Shown here piece by piece: positions 9,200 through 19,141 of a stretch of 64,000 bases of DNA; positions within the stretch are counted from its first letter, which is position 1; the number at the start of each line of letters is the position of its first letter. The position numbers and the translations under genes are program-made. The stretch lies in assembly GCA_052388515.1 (NCBI GenBank), contig JBQTHZ010000077.1, positions 6,351-70,350 of the forward strand, given 5' to 3'. The notes under the pieces are model-generated. The model did no database searches. It saw only the letters and a program-made list of their open reading frames with translations, and had not been told where the DNA came from. The stretch comes from Chloroflexota bacterium (GTDB lineage: Bacteria; Chloroflexota; Limnocylindria; QHBO01).

Positions 9200-10348
9200 C
9201 TAGGCCGGGCTGGCAGCCGGCTTGCGCACCTCGAGCGGGGTGACCTCTTCGGCGAAGTGGCAGGCGCTCATGTGTCCGCCGCCGACGTCACGCAGTGGCG
9301 GATCCTCGACCTTGCAGATCTCCTGGGCCATCGGGCACCGGGTGTGGAATCGGCAGCCGGAGGGCGGATTGGCCGGTGAGGGAAGGTCGCCCTTGAGCAC
9401 GATCCGCTCGCGCCGGATGGTCGGATCGGGCACCGGGATCGCCGAGAGCAGGGCCTTGGTGTACGGATGCGCCGGGCTGCGGTACAGCTCGTCGGCATCC
9501 GAGAGCTCGACGATCTTGCCGAGGTACATCACGCCGACCCGCGTCGACAGGTGCTTCACCACCGCCAGGTTGTGGGCGATGAACAGGTAGGTCAGCTGGA
9601 ACTCGTCCTGGAGATCACTCAGCAGGTTGAGGACCTGCGACTGGATCGACACGTCCAGCGCGCTGACAGGCTCATCGCAGACGATGAACTTCGGGCGCAG
9701 TGCGAGCGCGCGGGCGATGCCGATGCGCTGGCGCTGGCCACCGCTGAACTCGTGCGGGTAGCGGTGGATGTGCTGCTGGTTGAGGCCCACCCGCTTCAGC
9801 AGGTCGCGCACGGCCGACTCGCGCTCGCGCTTGTTGGTCATGCCGTGCACGAAGAGACCTTCGCCCACGATCTCTCCGACGCTCATTCGCGGATTGAGAC
9901 TCGCGTACGGGTCCTGGAACACGACCTGGATGTCGCGCCGTGCGGCCTTCAGCTCACGAGCCTTGAGGTCGAACAGCGACCTGCCCTCGAAGCTGACCTG
10001 GCCTGCCGTTGGCGGGATGAGTCGCAGGATGACCTTGCCGAGCGTCGTCTTGCCGCAGCCCGACTCGCCAACCAGGCCAAGCGTCTCGCCCTCGTTGACG
10101 CTGAAGCTCACGCCGTCGACCGCACGCACGGCTCCAAGCTTGCTGATGCCGAGCAGGCCGCCGCGGATGTCGAAATGCTTGACGAGGTCATGGACTTCCA
10201 GCAATGGCCCCTGGCCGCTGCCGCCGCGGGCAACGGTCCGCTGGGCGCTGGTCTGGCCGGCGCTGGTCATCCCTCCGCCGGCGGTCGCACCCGGATCGCG
10301 CGTCGTATCGGCGCCGCTCGGCGCCGCGGTCGTCCGCTGCTCGGTCAT
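9200..10348 (-). CDS. Oligopeptide/dipeptide ABC transporter ATP-binding protein, OppF/DppF type
   Basis: Walker [10 protein letters not shown], signature LSGGQRQR, C-terminal oligopeptide TOBE domain. Start MTEQ at 10348 overlaps the oppD-like stop (ATGA). Confidence 0.85.
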   Translation of the reverse strand: MTEQRTTAAPSGADTTRDPGATAGGGMTSAGQTSAQRTVARGGSGQGPLLEVHDLVKHFDIRGGLLGISKLGAVRAVDGVSFSVNEGETLGLVGESGCGKTTLGKVILRLIPPTAGQVSFEGRSLFDLKARELKAARRDIQVVFQDPYASLNPRMSVGEIVGEGLFVHGMTNKRERESAVRDLLKRVGLNQQHIHRYPHEFSGGQRQRIGIARALALRPKFIVCDEPVSALDVSIQSQVLNLLSDLQDEFQLTYLFIAHNLAVVKHLSTRVGVMYLGKIVELSDADELYRSPAHPYTKALLSAIPVPDPTIRRERIVLKGDLPSPANPPSGCRFHTRCPMAQEICKVEDPPLRDVGGGHMSACHFAEEVTPLEVRKPAASPA

Positions 10349-11409
10349 CGGGCTGCCACGCTCAGCGCGTCGGCGGCCTCCTCGGCCTCGGGACCCTCCG
10401 CGTCGGCACCCACCTCGGGCGGCTCGCCGGCAGGGGTCAGCCAGCAGCGGCTGAAGTGACCGGGCTGGATCTCCTGGTAGGGCGGGGCGACATCGCACAC
10501 CCGCATGCGGTGCGGGCAGCGGCGCTTGAAGAGGCAGCCGGTCGGAAGGTTGAGCGGTGACGGCACGGTGCCCTTGATGACCTCGAGGCGCTGGACGCGC
10601 TCGTCGAGGCGCGGGATGGAGAGCAGCAGGCCCTGCGTGTAGGGGTGATGCGGCGATCCGAACACCGTCCGCACGTCCGCGCGCTCGACCACCTTGCCGG
10701 CATACATGACGACGACCTCGTCCGCCATCTCGGCCACCACGCCGAGGTCGTGGGTGATGAGCATGATCGCCATCCGGTTCTTCTCGCGCAGGTCGCGCAT
10801 GACCTCCAGGATCTGGGCCTGGATGGTCACGTCGAGCGCGGTGGTGGGCTCATCTGCGATGAGCAGGTCGGGGTCGGTGGAGAGTGCCATGGCGATCATC
10901 ACCCGCTGACGCATGCCGCCCGACAGCTGGTGTGGATGCTCGGTGGCGCGTCGCTTCGCGTCCGGGATGCCGACAATGCGGAGCATCTCGACGGCGCGGT
11001 CCCACGCCTCGCGGCGGCTGACCGCCGTGTGCTGCTGGACCGCCTCGGCGATCTGGTCGCCGCACGTGTAGACCGGGTTGAGCGACGTCATCGGCTCCTG
11101 GAAGATCATGCTCACCTGGTCGCCGCGCACGTCGCGCATGGCGTTCTCGTTCATGGCGAGCAGGTTCTCGCCGTTGAGCAGGATCTCGCCCGCCACGATC
11201 TTGCCGGGCCGATCGATGAGGCGCATGACGCTCAGGCTGGTGATGCTCTTGCCGCAGCCCGACTCCCCGACCACGCCGAGCGTCTGGCCATGGCCAATTT
11301 CGAATGTGACGTCGTCGACGGCCTTGACCACGCCATCCTGGGTGAAGAACTGTGTCCTGAGTCCCTTGATCTCGAGGAGCGGCCCGACGTGCCTGGCCGT
11401 GGCCGTCAC
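10345..11409 (-). CDS. Oligopeptide/dipeptide ABC transporter ATP-binding protein, OppD/DppD type
   Basis: Walker A GESGCGKS, signature LSGGMRQR, C-terminal TOBE domain. Confidence 0.85.
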   Translation of the reverse strand: MTATARHVGPLLEIKGLRTQFFTQDGVVKAVDDVTFEIGHGQTLGVVGESGCGKSITSLSVMRLIDRPGKIVAGEILLNGENLLAMNENAMRDVRGDQVSMIFQEPMTSLNPVYTCGDQIAEAVQQHTAVSRREAWDRAVEMLRIVGIPDAKRRATEHPHQLSGGMRQRVMIAMALSTDPDLLIADEPTTALDVTIQAQILEVMRDLREKNRMAIMLITHDLGVVAEMADEVVVMYAGKVVERADVRTVFGSPHHPYTQGLLLSIPRLDERVQRLEVIKGTVPSPLNLPTGCLFKRRCPHRMRVCDVAPPYQEIQPGHFSRCWLTPAGEPPEVGADAEGPEAEEAADALSVAAR

Positions 11410-12377
11410 TTGGCCTCCACCCGCTGGCGCGGATCGAGCGCATCCCGCAGGCCATCACCCAGGAAGCTGGCCGCGAGCACGATCAGGATGAGGACCACGC
11501 CGGGGTAAACGACCTTCAGGGGCCCGGAGAAGAAGTAGTTCAGGGCGCCCTGCAGCATCGTGCCCAGGCTGGCCGACTCGCCGCCGAGGCCGAAGCCGAG
11601 GAAGCTGAGGGAAGCCTCCACCACGACCGAGTCGGCGATGCCCAGCGTGGCAGCGACCACGATGGGCGCCATCGCCGGCGGCAGCATGTGGCGCAGGATG
11701 ATCCGTTGCGGCGGAGCGCCGAGGGCTCGCGCGGCCTGGACGTAGTCCACCTCCCGGAGCGACAGGAACTCGGCCCGCAGCAACCGGGCTGCCGTCGTCC
11801 AGCCGGTCAGGCCGATGGCGAAGATGACGACCCACACGTTGCCGGCCCCGAAGAATGCCGTGATCATCAGGATGATGAACAACCCCGGCAGGCTGAGCAC
11901 GATGTCGACGATGCGCATCAGGATGTTGTCGATCCAGCCGCCGACATAGCCGGCGATGGAGCCGACGAAGATGCCGATGCCCATGATGATGGCAACCGCG
12001 GCCAGGCCGATCAGGAGGGAGGTCTGCGTCGCCTTGGCCAGCCGCGCGAACAGATTGACCCCGTTCTCGTTGTAGCCGAGGACCGCGAACACGAAGTCAC
12101 CGTCCTCGTTGAACACCTCGGGCGGCGCGTCGTCCCGGAAGAGCTGCGTCGTCCGCCACGCATCCTCGGTCACGCTCGGGATGATGATGGCGTACAGGGC
12201 CAGGATGCCGATGACCACCAGCCCGAAGACGGCCAGGCGGTTCTGGAGAAATCGTCCGCGGACGAGCTGCCAGTACGTCCGAACCGGCGTGCGGTCGATC
12301 TCCGCCGAGTCGGCCTCCGCCTCTTCGCGTCGCCGCCGTTCGATCTCGGATGAGGCCACCTCGCTGCGGTTCGCCAT
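11406..12377 (-). CDS. Peptide ABC transporter permease, OppC/DppC type
   Basis: 323 aa, six TM helices, BPD-transporter EAA-like region. 4-nt overlap with the ATPase gene. Confidence 0.8.
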   Translation of the reverse strand: MANRSEVASSEIERRRREEAEADSAEIDRTPVRTYWQLVRGRFLQNRLAVFGLVVIGILALYAIIIPSVTEDAWRTTQLFRDDAPPEVFNEDGDFVFAVLGYNENGVNLFARLAKATQTSLLIGLAAVAIIMGIGIFVGSIAGYVGGWIDNILMRIVDIVLSLPGLFIILMITAFFGAGNVWVVIFAIGLTGWTTAARLLRAEFLSLREVDYVQAARALGAPPQRIILRHMLPPAMAPIVVAATLGIADSVVVEASLSFLGFGLGGESASLGTMLQGALNYFFSGPLKVVYPGVVLILIVLAASFLGDGLRDALDPRQRVEAK

Positions 12378-12405
12378 GATCGATGCTTCCTCTCGAGTCC
12401 GAAGG

Positions 12406-13377
12406 CTAGTACTTGATCCGCGGATCGGCGATGCCGTACAGGACGTCGGCCAGCAGGTTGCCGACCACGACGCCGAAGCCGCCCACCATGACGAATGCCA
12501 GCACCAGCGGGTAGTCGCGCTGGGTCACCGCGTCGACGCCGAGCTGACAGAGCCCCGGCCAGCTGAAGATCTCCTCGGTGATCACCGCGCCCGACAACAG
12601 GCTCGGCAGGGTCAGGCCGAAGAGGGTGATGATCGGGATCAGCGCGTTGCGCAGCGCGTGCTTGAAGGTCACGCGGCGAGCCGGAAGTCCCTTGGCGCGC
12701 GCGGTCCGGACGTAGTCCTGGTTCATCACCTCGAGCATCTTGGCGCGGACGTAGCGTGACCACCCCGCGATCTGCTGGATGGCGAGGGAGGCAACCGGCA
12801 GGACCAGGTGCCATGCCACGTCGAGCGGCGTGCCGGCGATCTCCGAGCGGCCGGTGGTGTCGATCATGCCGAACAGCGGGAATGCCTTGAGGATGACGCC
12901 GCCGAAGTAGGCGAGGTACAGGCCCAGCAGGAACGAAGGGATGGCGTAGCCGATGGTGGCGAAGGTGGTGATCGCCTTGTCCGCGAAGCTGTACTGCTTG
13001 ACCGCGGCCAGGATGCCGATCGGAACGGCCACGAGGACGGTGACGAGGAGCGCGGTGCCACCGAGGAGCAGGGTGGCGGGAATGCGGTCGATGATGATGT
13101 TTCGTACCGACGTGTTGTACGAGAGGCTGTAGCCCCAGGCGTCGTCGCGCCAGAATTGAACGAAGCTCGTGATCCAGCGCACGAATTGCTCGTGGATCGG
13201 CTGGTCCAGGCCGTACAGCCGGCGCAGGTTCTCGAGGACCTCCGGCGGGGTGGTCGGGGTTCGGAAGCGGTCGATCGGCTCCCCGGGCGCGAGCTGAACG
13301 ATCGTGAAGCTGACGACCGCGACGCCGAAGAGGATCGGAATCGCCTGAAGGGTTCGGCGAAGGATGTAGCTTGCCAT
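12406..13377 (-). CDS. Peptide ABC transporter permease, OppB/DppB type
   Basis: 323 aa, MASYILRRTLQAIPILFGVAVVSF, typical OppB N-terminus and topology. Confidence 0.85.
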   Translation of the reverse strand: MASYILRRTLQAIPILFGVAVVSFTIVQLAPGEPIDRFRTPTTPPEVLENLRRLYGLDQPIHEQFVRWITSFVQFWRDDAWGYSLSYNTSVRNIIIDRIPATLLLGGTALLVTVLVAVPIGILAAVKQYSFADKAITTFATIGYAIPSFLLGLYLAYFGGVILKAFPLFGMIDTTGRSEIAGTPLDVAWHLVLPVASLAIQQIAGWSRYVRAKMLEVMNQDYVRTARAKGLPARRVTFKHALRNALIPIITLFGLTLPSLLSGAVITEEIFSWPGLCQLGVDAVTQRDYPLVLAFVMVGGFGVVVGNLLADVLYGIADPRIKY

Positions 13378-13566
13378 GTTCTACTGCGCCCCGCTCCCTG
13401 TACTACCGTGCCCGCTCACGTGGGCTCACTCGGGCGTCCTGAGCGGGAATTGTGCCAGACGGGAGCCCGTCGCGGGCCCTTGGGTGTGAGGTGTGCCGCT
13501 GGCGGCACCCGGAGGTGCCACCAGCGGCGACGTTCAGTTCGCTGTCGAGCCGTCCGGCTGAGCCGG

Positions 13567-15609
13567 CTACTCGGCGATCCGCAGGGCCTCTTCCTGCCAA
13601 TCCCACAACGGGGAGGTAAGCTCGAGCTCGCCGGCCGTGCTCTCCATGCCCACGTCGATGACCTCGCGCGCGAGGTCCGACCAGGCGAACAGGTACGGCT
13701 GCTCGTCGTACATGATCTGCTCGAACTCCTGGTAGATGGCTGCTCGCTCCTCCTGGTCACTCACGACCAGGCCTTCCTCGATCAGCGCATCCGCCTCGTC
13801 GTTCTGGAAGCAGATGTAGTTGTACAGCTCTGGCTGCTCTTCCGTCGTGCACTGGCTCGAATGGAAGAGAGCGAACGGATCCGGATCCAGGCCGGTGCCC
13901 CACCCACCGAAGTAGGCGTCATACGGCTTGTCCGCGTTCGGGGGAACGTGCGGGAAGACCAGCAGCGGGAGCAGGACCGTGGCGAAGTCGCCCTCGGTCA
14001 CGTTGAGCTCCATGCCGCAGTCGATCACCTGGTCGCGCAGCAGCTCCATGAAGCGGATGCGCTCAGGCTGACCGGCTCGCACGTAGACATCGGTCGTGAA
14101 GACCTCGTCGCCGCGCGTCGCCGGACCGGTGGCGTTGCCGTCACCGTCGACCTCGACCGTCCATCCAGCCGACTCGAGGAAGCCGATGGCAGCCGGGACG
14201 TCTCGCTCGACGGCCGTCAGGTCAGGGTTGTAGGCCCACGATGCCGGCGGGATGTCGGCCTCGATCGGGATGCCCTGGCCATTCGTGGCCTGCTCCACTG
14301 TGGCTTCCTTGTCGATGCAGTACTGGACTGCCTGGCGGGCGCCAAGGTCAGCGAAGAACTGGCCCTCACGCAGGTTGTACTGGAGCCCGAAGTACCCGAA
14401 GTCCGGGTACTCGGCGAACTTCACGTTCGGGTCGTTCTCGAGTGCCGAGAAGACATCCGAGGGCACCGAGTAGTGCCAGTCGACCTGGCCCGCCTGGACG
14501 GCGTTCCCGATCTGCACCTCGTCGGTGATGATCGGCATCACGATGGTCTCCGTGGCCGGAGCGCCGCCGTGGAAGTCCGCGAAGGCCGTCAGGGTCAGGC
14601 TCTCGCCCGGGGCGAAGCAGCCCGGCTCGCACATGTACGGTCCGGCATTCACCGGCTCGCTGTTGAAGGAGAGGAGCGGATAGACGGCCGCGATGGCGTC
14701 GACGCCCTCCTCCTCCTGCGTCGCGAGAATCTGGCTCAGCAGGTCGCTGAGCGCCGTGGCATGCGCGCACGGATCGTACTCGTCGGCATTCTCGCCGCCG
14801 GTGTTGAAGTCGTCGGCGCTCGGCGCCTCCAGTCCACCGGCCTCGAGCTGCGCCTCGGCGTCCGCCAGGCTGGCCTCGCAGGCGGCGGGATCGGCCTCGA
14901 AGGTCTCCTCCTCGCCTTCCGGTGCGACGGTTGCAGCCGTGATCGCGTCGAGCGCCGCCTGCACCTCGGCCGGATCGGCACCCTCGGCGGCACCGGCGAA
15001 CTCCTCGTAGGCAGCCTCGACGACGGCCTGCGAGTCGATGTCGATGCCCGGCAGGATGACCGTGGCGAACGGAGCGTACGGCTCCAGCAGCGTGAACTCG
15101 ACGGTCGTGTCATCGACCGCCTCCGCCGACTCGAGGAACGGCCCGAGGCAGACCGACGGGTTGAAGCGGCAGTTCGCGCTCTGGGCGACCTGGTACGTGA
15201 ACGCCACGTCGGCAGCGGTCACCGGGTCGCCGTTATGGAACATCGCCTCGACGAGCGTGCATGTCCAGACCAGGTCGTCCTCGCTCACCTCGCACAGGTC
15301 CGCGGCAAGATCCGGGACCGGGGTCAGCGTGGCGTCGTACTGGTACAGGCCGGCACCGATGAAGCCAAAGGCCTCCGCGGTCGGCACGTCGCTGTTCGCG
15401 TTCGACAGGGTGGTGAGCTGGCCGTCGATCGCATACGTGATCGTGCCAGCTGCCGCGCCCCCGTCAGTCGGGGCGGCCGATCCACCTGGATCCTGCGACG
15501 CAGGCGGTGCATCGGACTCGGCCGACTCTCCGGGCTGCGTGCCACACGCCGCCAGGATGAGTGCGCCGGAGAAGAGAAACGCAAATGCGTTCCGCTTGGT
15601 CCGTCTCAT
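13567..15609 (-). CDS. ABC transporter substrate-binding lipoprotein, family 5 (OppA/DppA-like), with an unusual acidic insertion
   Basis: Start MRRTKRNAFAFLFSGALILAAC (signal peptide with lipobox) and a GGAGGGAG ribosome-binding site. SBP_bac_5-like core. Contains an insertion of about 110 aa rich in D/E/A with 4 Cys. Confidence 0.75.
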   Translation of the reverse strand: MRRTKRNAFAFLFSGALILAACGTQPGESAESDAPPASQDPGGSAAPTDGGAAAGTITYAIDGQLTTLSNANSDVPTAEAFGFIGAGLYQYDATLTPVPDLAADLCEVSEDDLVWTCTLVEAMFHNGDPVTAADVAFTYQVAQSANCRFNPSVCLGPFLESAEAVDDTTVEFTLLEPYAPFATVILPGIDIDSQAVVEAAYEEFAGAAEGADPAEVQAALDAITAATVAPEGEEETFEADPAACEASLADAEAQLEAGGLEAPSADDFNTGGENADEYDPCAHATALSDLLSQILATQEEEGVDAIAAVYPLLSFNSEPVNAGPYMCEPGCFAPGESLTLTAFADFHGGAPATETIVMPIITDEVQIGNAVQAGQVDWHYSVPSDVFSALENDPNVKFAEYPDFGYFGLQYNLREGQFFADLGARQAVQYCIDKEATVEQATNGQGIPIEADIPPASWAYNPDLTAVERDVPAAIGFLESAGWTVEVDGDGNATGPATRGDEVFTTDVYVRAGQPERIRFMELLRDQVIDCGMELNVTEGDFATVLLPLLVFPHVPPNADKPYDAYFGGWGTGLDPDPFALFHSSQCTTEEQPELYNYICFQNDEADALIEEGLVVSDQEERAAIYQEFEQIMYDEQPYLFAWSDLAREVIDVGMESTAGELELTSPLWDWQEEALRIAE

Positions 15610-15799
15610 TACTCCCTCCAATGATGGGGTAGAACGGTGAGTGGGTTCGCGCACGGCCAGATACCGAGGCGAGAGCCCAACGGGCAGTGGAGTATATCCG
15701 CTTGTCCACCTCCTTGATGGTCCGTTGATCAATTGGGCGAATCAAGCTCGGGAACGCCGCGACGCAGGCGGGCAGCGCCACCCGCATCCCACTGCGGTG

Positions 15800-16642
15800 T
15801 TACCTACTGATACGAGGGGCGGCGCCGGAAGGTTCAATTCCCATCTCGGGTCGAGCGTGGGGAACGAGAAAGCGGCGTCCGTCGGCGGTGCGTGCCTCGT
15901 CGACCGCGATCCCGAACACATCGCGAACGAGGTCCGCGCGAAGGACCGATGCGGGCTCGCCATCGGCGACGACGCGTCCCGCGCCGAGCACGGCGATGCG
16001 AGAGGCATGGGCGGCGGCCAGGTTCAGATCATGAAGGACCGCGATCACGGTCAACCCACGTCGCTCCCGCAGCCGTGCGACCGTGGCCAGCAGCGAAACC
16101 TGGTGTGCGATGTCGAGGTGCAGCGTCGGCTCGTCGAGCAGGAGGAGCTCCGGCTCCTGGGCAAGGGCCATCGCCACCAGGACGCGTTGACGCTCGCCTC
16201 CGGACAGCTCGTCGCCGTGGCGCTCTGCCAGGTCGAGGGCGTCAGCGTCGGCGAGGGCGCGCTCCACGGCGTCCGCGTCCTCCGCCGAGGCGCCGAACCA
16301 TCGGGTGGCGTGCGGCGCGCGTCCCATCTCGACGAGCTCGGCGACCCGGAAGCCATCGGGCAGGATGAGCGACTGCGGCAACACGGCCACGCGTCTGGCG
16401 AGGGCGACGCGGCTCCACTCGTCCAGGTCGCGTCCGAACAGCGCCACCCGGCCGGCATCGCGGCGCAACGTGCCGGCGATCGCGCGCACGAGCGTCGTCT
16501 TGCCGCTTCCGTTGGCGCCGAGCAGGGCCACCAGCTCCCGGGCTTCGACCACCAGGTCGAGCCCGCGCAGGACCTGCCGGCGCGCCGGCGTCTCCGTCTC
16601 GTACGAGACCTGCAGCCCCGTGATCTCGACGACCGCGGTCAT
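15800..16642 (-). CDS. Fe3+-siderophore/cobalamin-type ABC transporter ATP-binding protein (BtuD/FecE-like)
   Basis: Homology begins at MTAVVEITGLQVSYE. Walker A GANGSGKTT, LSGGERQR. The 154 residues before it in the track ORF are artifact. The ATG overlaps the permease stop (ATGA). Confidence 0.8.
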   Translation of the reverse strand: MTAVVEITGLQVSYETETPARRQVLRGLDLVVEARELVALLGANGSGKTTLVRAIAGTLRRDAGRVALFGRDLDEWSRVALARRVAVLPQSLILPDGFRVAELVEMGRAPHATRWFGASAEDADAVERALADADALDLAERHGDELSGGERQRVLVAMALAQEPELLLLDEPTLHLDIAHQVSLLATVARLRERRGLTVIAVLHDLNLAAAHASRIAVLGAGRVVADGEPASVLRADLVRDVFGIAVDEARTADGRRFLVPHARPEMGIEPSGAAPRISR

Positions 16643-17739
16643 GCCGACATGAGCGTCGAAACTCGGCGCGAGCGGCGGAGCAACCACAGGAAGAAGGGCG
16701 CACCGACGAGCGCTGTCACCACGCCGACCGGGATCCCACCGGCCAGCCGGGCGCCGAGATCGGCCATGACGAGCAGCGCCGCGCCGAGCAGCGCGCTGGC
16801 CGGCAGCAGGAGCCGATGATCCGGTCCGACGGCCAGGCGCAGCAGGTGCGGCACGACCAGCCCGACGAACCCGATCGTGCCCGAGATGGCGACCACGGCC
16901 GAGGTCGCAAGCGTGGCAAGCAACGTGAGCCGCAGCTTCTCGCGGCCGACGTCGAGACCCAGGTGAGCGGCGGCTGCATCCCCGAGCAGCAGCAGGTTGA
17001 GGCTTCGCCATCGTGCAAACAGGATCACGAACACGCCGAGCACGACCGGCGCGGCGATGGCCAGGTCGACCCAGCCGACCGCCGCCAGTGATCCCATCAG
17101 CCACGAGAAGATCGCGGCCAGTGCGCGTCCCGAGGCGAACATGAGGAGCGCGACACCGGCCGCCAGCAGCGACGACACGGCGTAGCCGGTGAGCAGCAGG
17201 GTGACCGATGGCAGGCGTCCACCGGTGCGGGCGATGCTGATGACAAGCACCACCGTCCCCACGCCGCCGGCGAAGGCTAGCAGCTGGACGATCCCCAAAC
17301 CGAGCCAGGCGCTCCCCGCGCCGACCGCCAGCGCGGGCAGGAGAAGCGGCAGCACGATCCCGATGGTCGCCCCCAACGATGCGCCGGCGGCCGTCCCGAT
17401 GATGTACGGATCGGCCATCGGGTTGCGCAGGACGGCCTGGAAGACGGTGCCGGCCGTCGCCAACCCGGCGCCCACCACCATGGCGCCGAGCACCCGCGGC
17501 AGGCGGAGGTCGATGACGATCGTCTCGATCGCGTCGCTGACCGTCGAGGTGGCGCCGATCCCGAGGAGCCGATGGCCGAGCACGCGAAGCACGTCGTCGG
17601 GCGCGATCGCCACGCTGCCGAGGCCGATCCCCACGAGGAGCGCCGCCAGGAGGATGCCGGTGCCCCCGCCCAGCACGAGCGCCGCGCGGGTCGGCGCGGG
17701 TCCGCGGACGATCGGTCGTGGGGCGACGCCGGCGCGCAT
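16639..17739 (-). CDS. FecCD-family ABC transporter permease (BtuC/FepD-like)
   Basis: Starts MRAGVAPRP at 17739, about 366 aa, 9-10 TM helices, FecCD family sequence. Confidence 0.8.
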   Translation of the reverse strand: MRAGVAPRPIVRGPAPTRAALVLGGGTGILLAALLVGIGLGSVAIAPDDVLRVLGHRLLGIGATSTVSDAIETIVIDLRLPRVLGAMVVGAGLATAGTVFQAVLRNPMADPYIIGTAAGASLGATIGIVLPLLLPALAVGAGSAWLGLGIVQLLAFAGGVGTVVLVISIARTGGRLPSVTLLLTGYAVSSLLAAGVALLMFASGRALAAIFSWLMGSLAAVGWVDLAIAAPVVLGVFVILFARWRSLNLLLLGDAAAAHLGLDVGREKLRLTLLATLATSAVVAISGTIGFVGLVVPHLLRLAVGPDHRLLLPASALLGAALLVMADLGARLAGGIPVGVVTALVGAPFFLWLLRRSRRVSTLMSA

Positions 17740-17749
17740 GGGCCCTAGC

Positions 17750-17925
17750 CGCTCCCGTCCTGACCGGCGACCGGGCGAGGCGGGTCCCCGTTCAGCTGGT
17801 ATATCAGTAACGATATATTCGCTGATAGGAGAATGGGGCGCCCACCGATCACACCCTCTGGCGCATCCGCCGGGCCGAGGCATCGCGCGGACCGGTTCAT
17901 GGCAAGAACCGCCGTGGGAATCACA
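17750..17925. repeat. Copy 2 of the conserved ~175-nt structured element (unclassified)
   Basis: Same conserved blocks as 9024-9198. Palindrome TATATC-N6-GATATA at 17800-17817. The 3' block GGGAATCACA at 17916-17925 contains the TGA stop of the upstream SBP gene (complement of 17921-17923). Fills a 180-nt gap between the SBP and permease genes. Confidence 0.6.
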
Positions 17926-18916
17926 CCTCGTCCATCTCGAGATCGGGATGGATGGCACGCGCCAGCGCCTCGAGGCCGTCGACGATGCGCGGACCGGGCC
18001 GCGTGATCACGACATCCTCGCTGACGATGACGACCCGGCCGTCGGCGACGGCGGTCATGGTGCCCCAGCCATCGCGCGCGGCTACCGACTCCGGCGTGAT
18101 CGTCTCATCGTACGTGGCGTCACCGAGCAGGATCAGCTCGGGATCGGCGGCGACCAGGTCCTCGAGCGCGATCGAGGTCGAGAGGGCATCACCGGTGATC
18201 GGATCGCCGCCGGCGGTCTCGATGAGGCTGGCGAGGAAGGAGCCCTCACCCGCCGTGTAGATGCTGCCCTCGAAGACGCTCACCTCGTAGAAGGTGCGCG
18301 GCCGCTCGCGATCCGCGACCGCCGACTCGACGGCCGCGATGCGCGCGGCCATGTCATCGACGAGGGCGTCCGCCGTCTCCTCGCGGTCGAGCGCGGTCCC
18401 GACCAGCTCGATGTCGGCCATCACCTCGTGGAGCGACTCCGGGTAGAGGACCAGCACCGGAAGGCCAAGATCGGCGAGCTGGTCGATGACGGCGGTCGGG
18501 GTCAGCTCGTTGCCGGCGGCCAGCACGAGGTCCGGCTCGGCGGCGACGACGGCCTCGACGTCGACCTGGGCCATCGTCACGACCTTGTCGATCTCGACCA
18601 CTTCGGCCGGGTGGTCATCGAAGTCAGTCACGCCGGCAAGGCGGTCGCAGGCTTCGAGCGCGCACACGATCTCGGTGTTCGACGGGGCCAGCGAGACGAT
18701 CGTGGCCGGCTCGGCCTCGAGAGTGATCTCACGGCCGGCATCATCGGTCAGGGTCAGCGGATAGGCGGTCGCCGGCGATGCCGACCCGGATGCCGATGCG
18801 GCGGAGGTCGTAGCGGAGGGCTCCGACGGAGCCACGCTCGTGGCCGGTGACGTCGTGCAGGCAGCGAGCAGCACGACGAGGGTGAAGAGGAGGGACCTGG
18901 AGCGACGTGGAGTCAT
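17921..18916 (-). CDS. ABC transporter periplasmic substrate-binding lipoprotein, cluster A (BtuF/FepB-like)
   Basis: 331 aa. Signal peptide with lipobox LLAAC. Periplasmic binding protein family (PF01497-like) sequence. First gene of the SBP-permease-ATPase operon. Confidence 0.75.
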   Translation of the reverse strand: MTPRRSRSLLFTLVVLLAACTTSPATSVAPSEPSATTSAASASGSASPATAYPLTLTDDAGREITLEAEPATIVSLAPSNTEIVCALEACDRLAGVTDFDDHPAEVVEIDKVVTMAQVDVEAVVAAEPDLVLAAGNELTPTAVIDQLADLGLPVLVLYPESLHEVMADIELVGTALDREETADALVDDMAARIAAVESAVADRERPRTFYEVSVFEGSIYTAGEGSFLASLIETAGGDPITGDALSTSIALEDLVAADPELILLGDATYDETITPESVAARDGWGTMTAVADGRVVIVSEDVVITRPGPRIVDGLEALARAIHPDLEMDEV

Positions 18917-18954
18917 GGTGATGGCTTCCCTTTCACGCGAGGGCGAGCGACATC

Positions 18955-19105
18955 GCGATCGGGCTGGCGACCTGACTCCCGTGCTCGACGACTTCGCCAG
19001 CGGGCGAAGACGACGGCGCGGATACAGTAGCGGGACTGCGCCGGCTTCTCACCGGCTTCTCCATTCACCCGTGGTCCTTGCGGCCACGGCACCCGTCGGC
19101 GTCTC
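18955..19105 (-). promoter_or_regulatory. Probable cobalamin (AdoCbl) riboswitch in the 5' leader of the BtuF-like gene
   Basis: Minus-strand leader reads ...GGTGCCGTGGCCGCAAGGACCACGGGTGAATGGAGAAGCCGGTGAGAAGCCGGCGCAGTCCCGCTACTGTATC...GGGAGTCAGGTCGCCAGCC. It matches from memory the GGTG..AAGG..GGTGA(A/G)AA(T/G)CC, GC.GTCCCGC.ACTGTA and B12-box-like AGTCAGG..CC.GCC cores. The downstream operon is a BtuFCD-type importer. Confidence 0.5.
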
Positions 19106-19141
19106 TTCGGTTGGTCGACGGATCGTAGCAGAGGGCGTCGG

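Noticed and set aside
9222-9590. 122-aa plus-strand ORF after element copy 1
   Set aside because: Lies entirely antisense within the oppF-like ATPase gene and shows no homology. It does not give element copy 1 a downstream gene.
17767-17919. 50-codon minus-strand ORF inside element copy 2 (MNRSARCLGPADAPEGVIGG...)
   Set aside because: The homologous frame in copy 1 hits a stop after 10 codons, so the element's conservation is not at the protein level.
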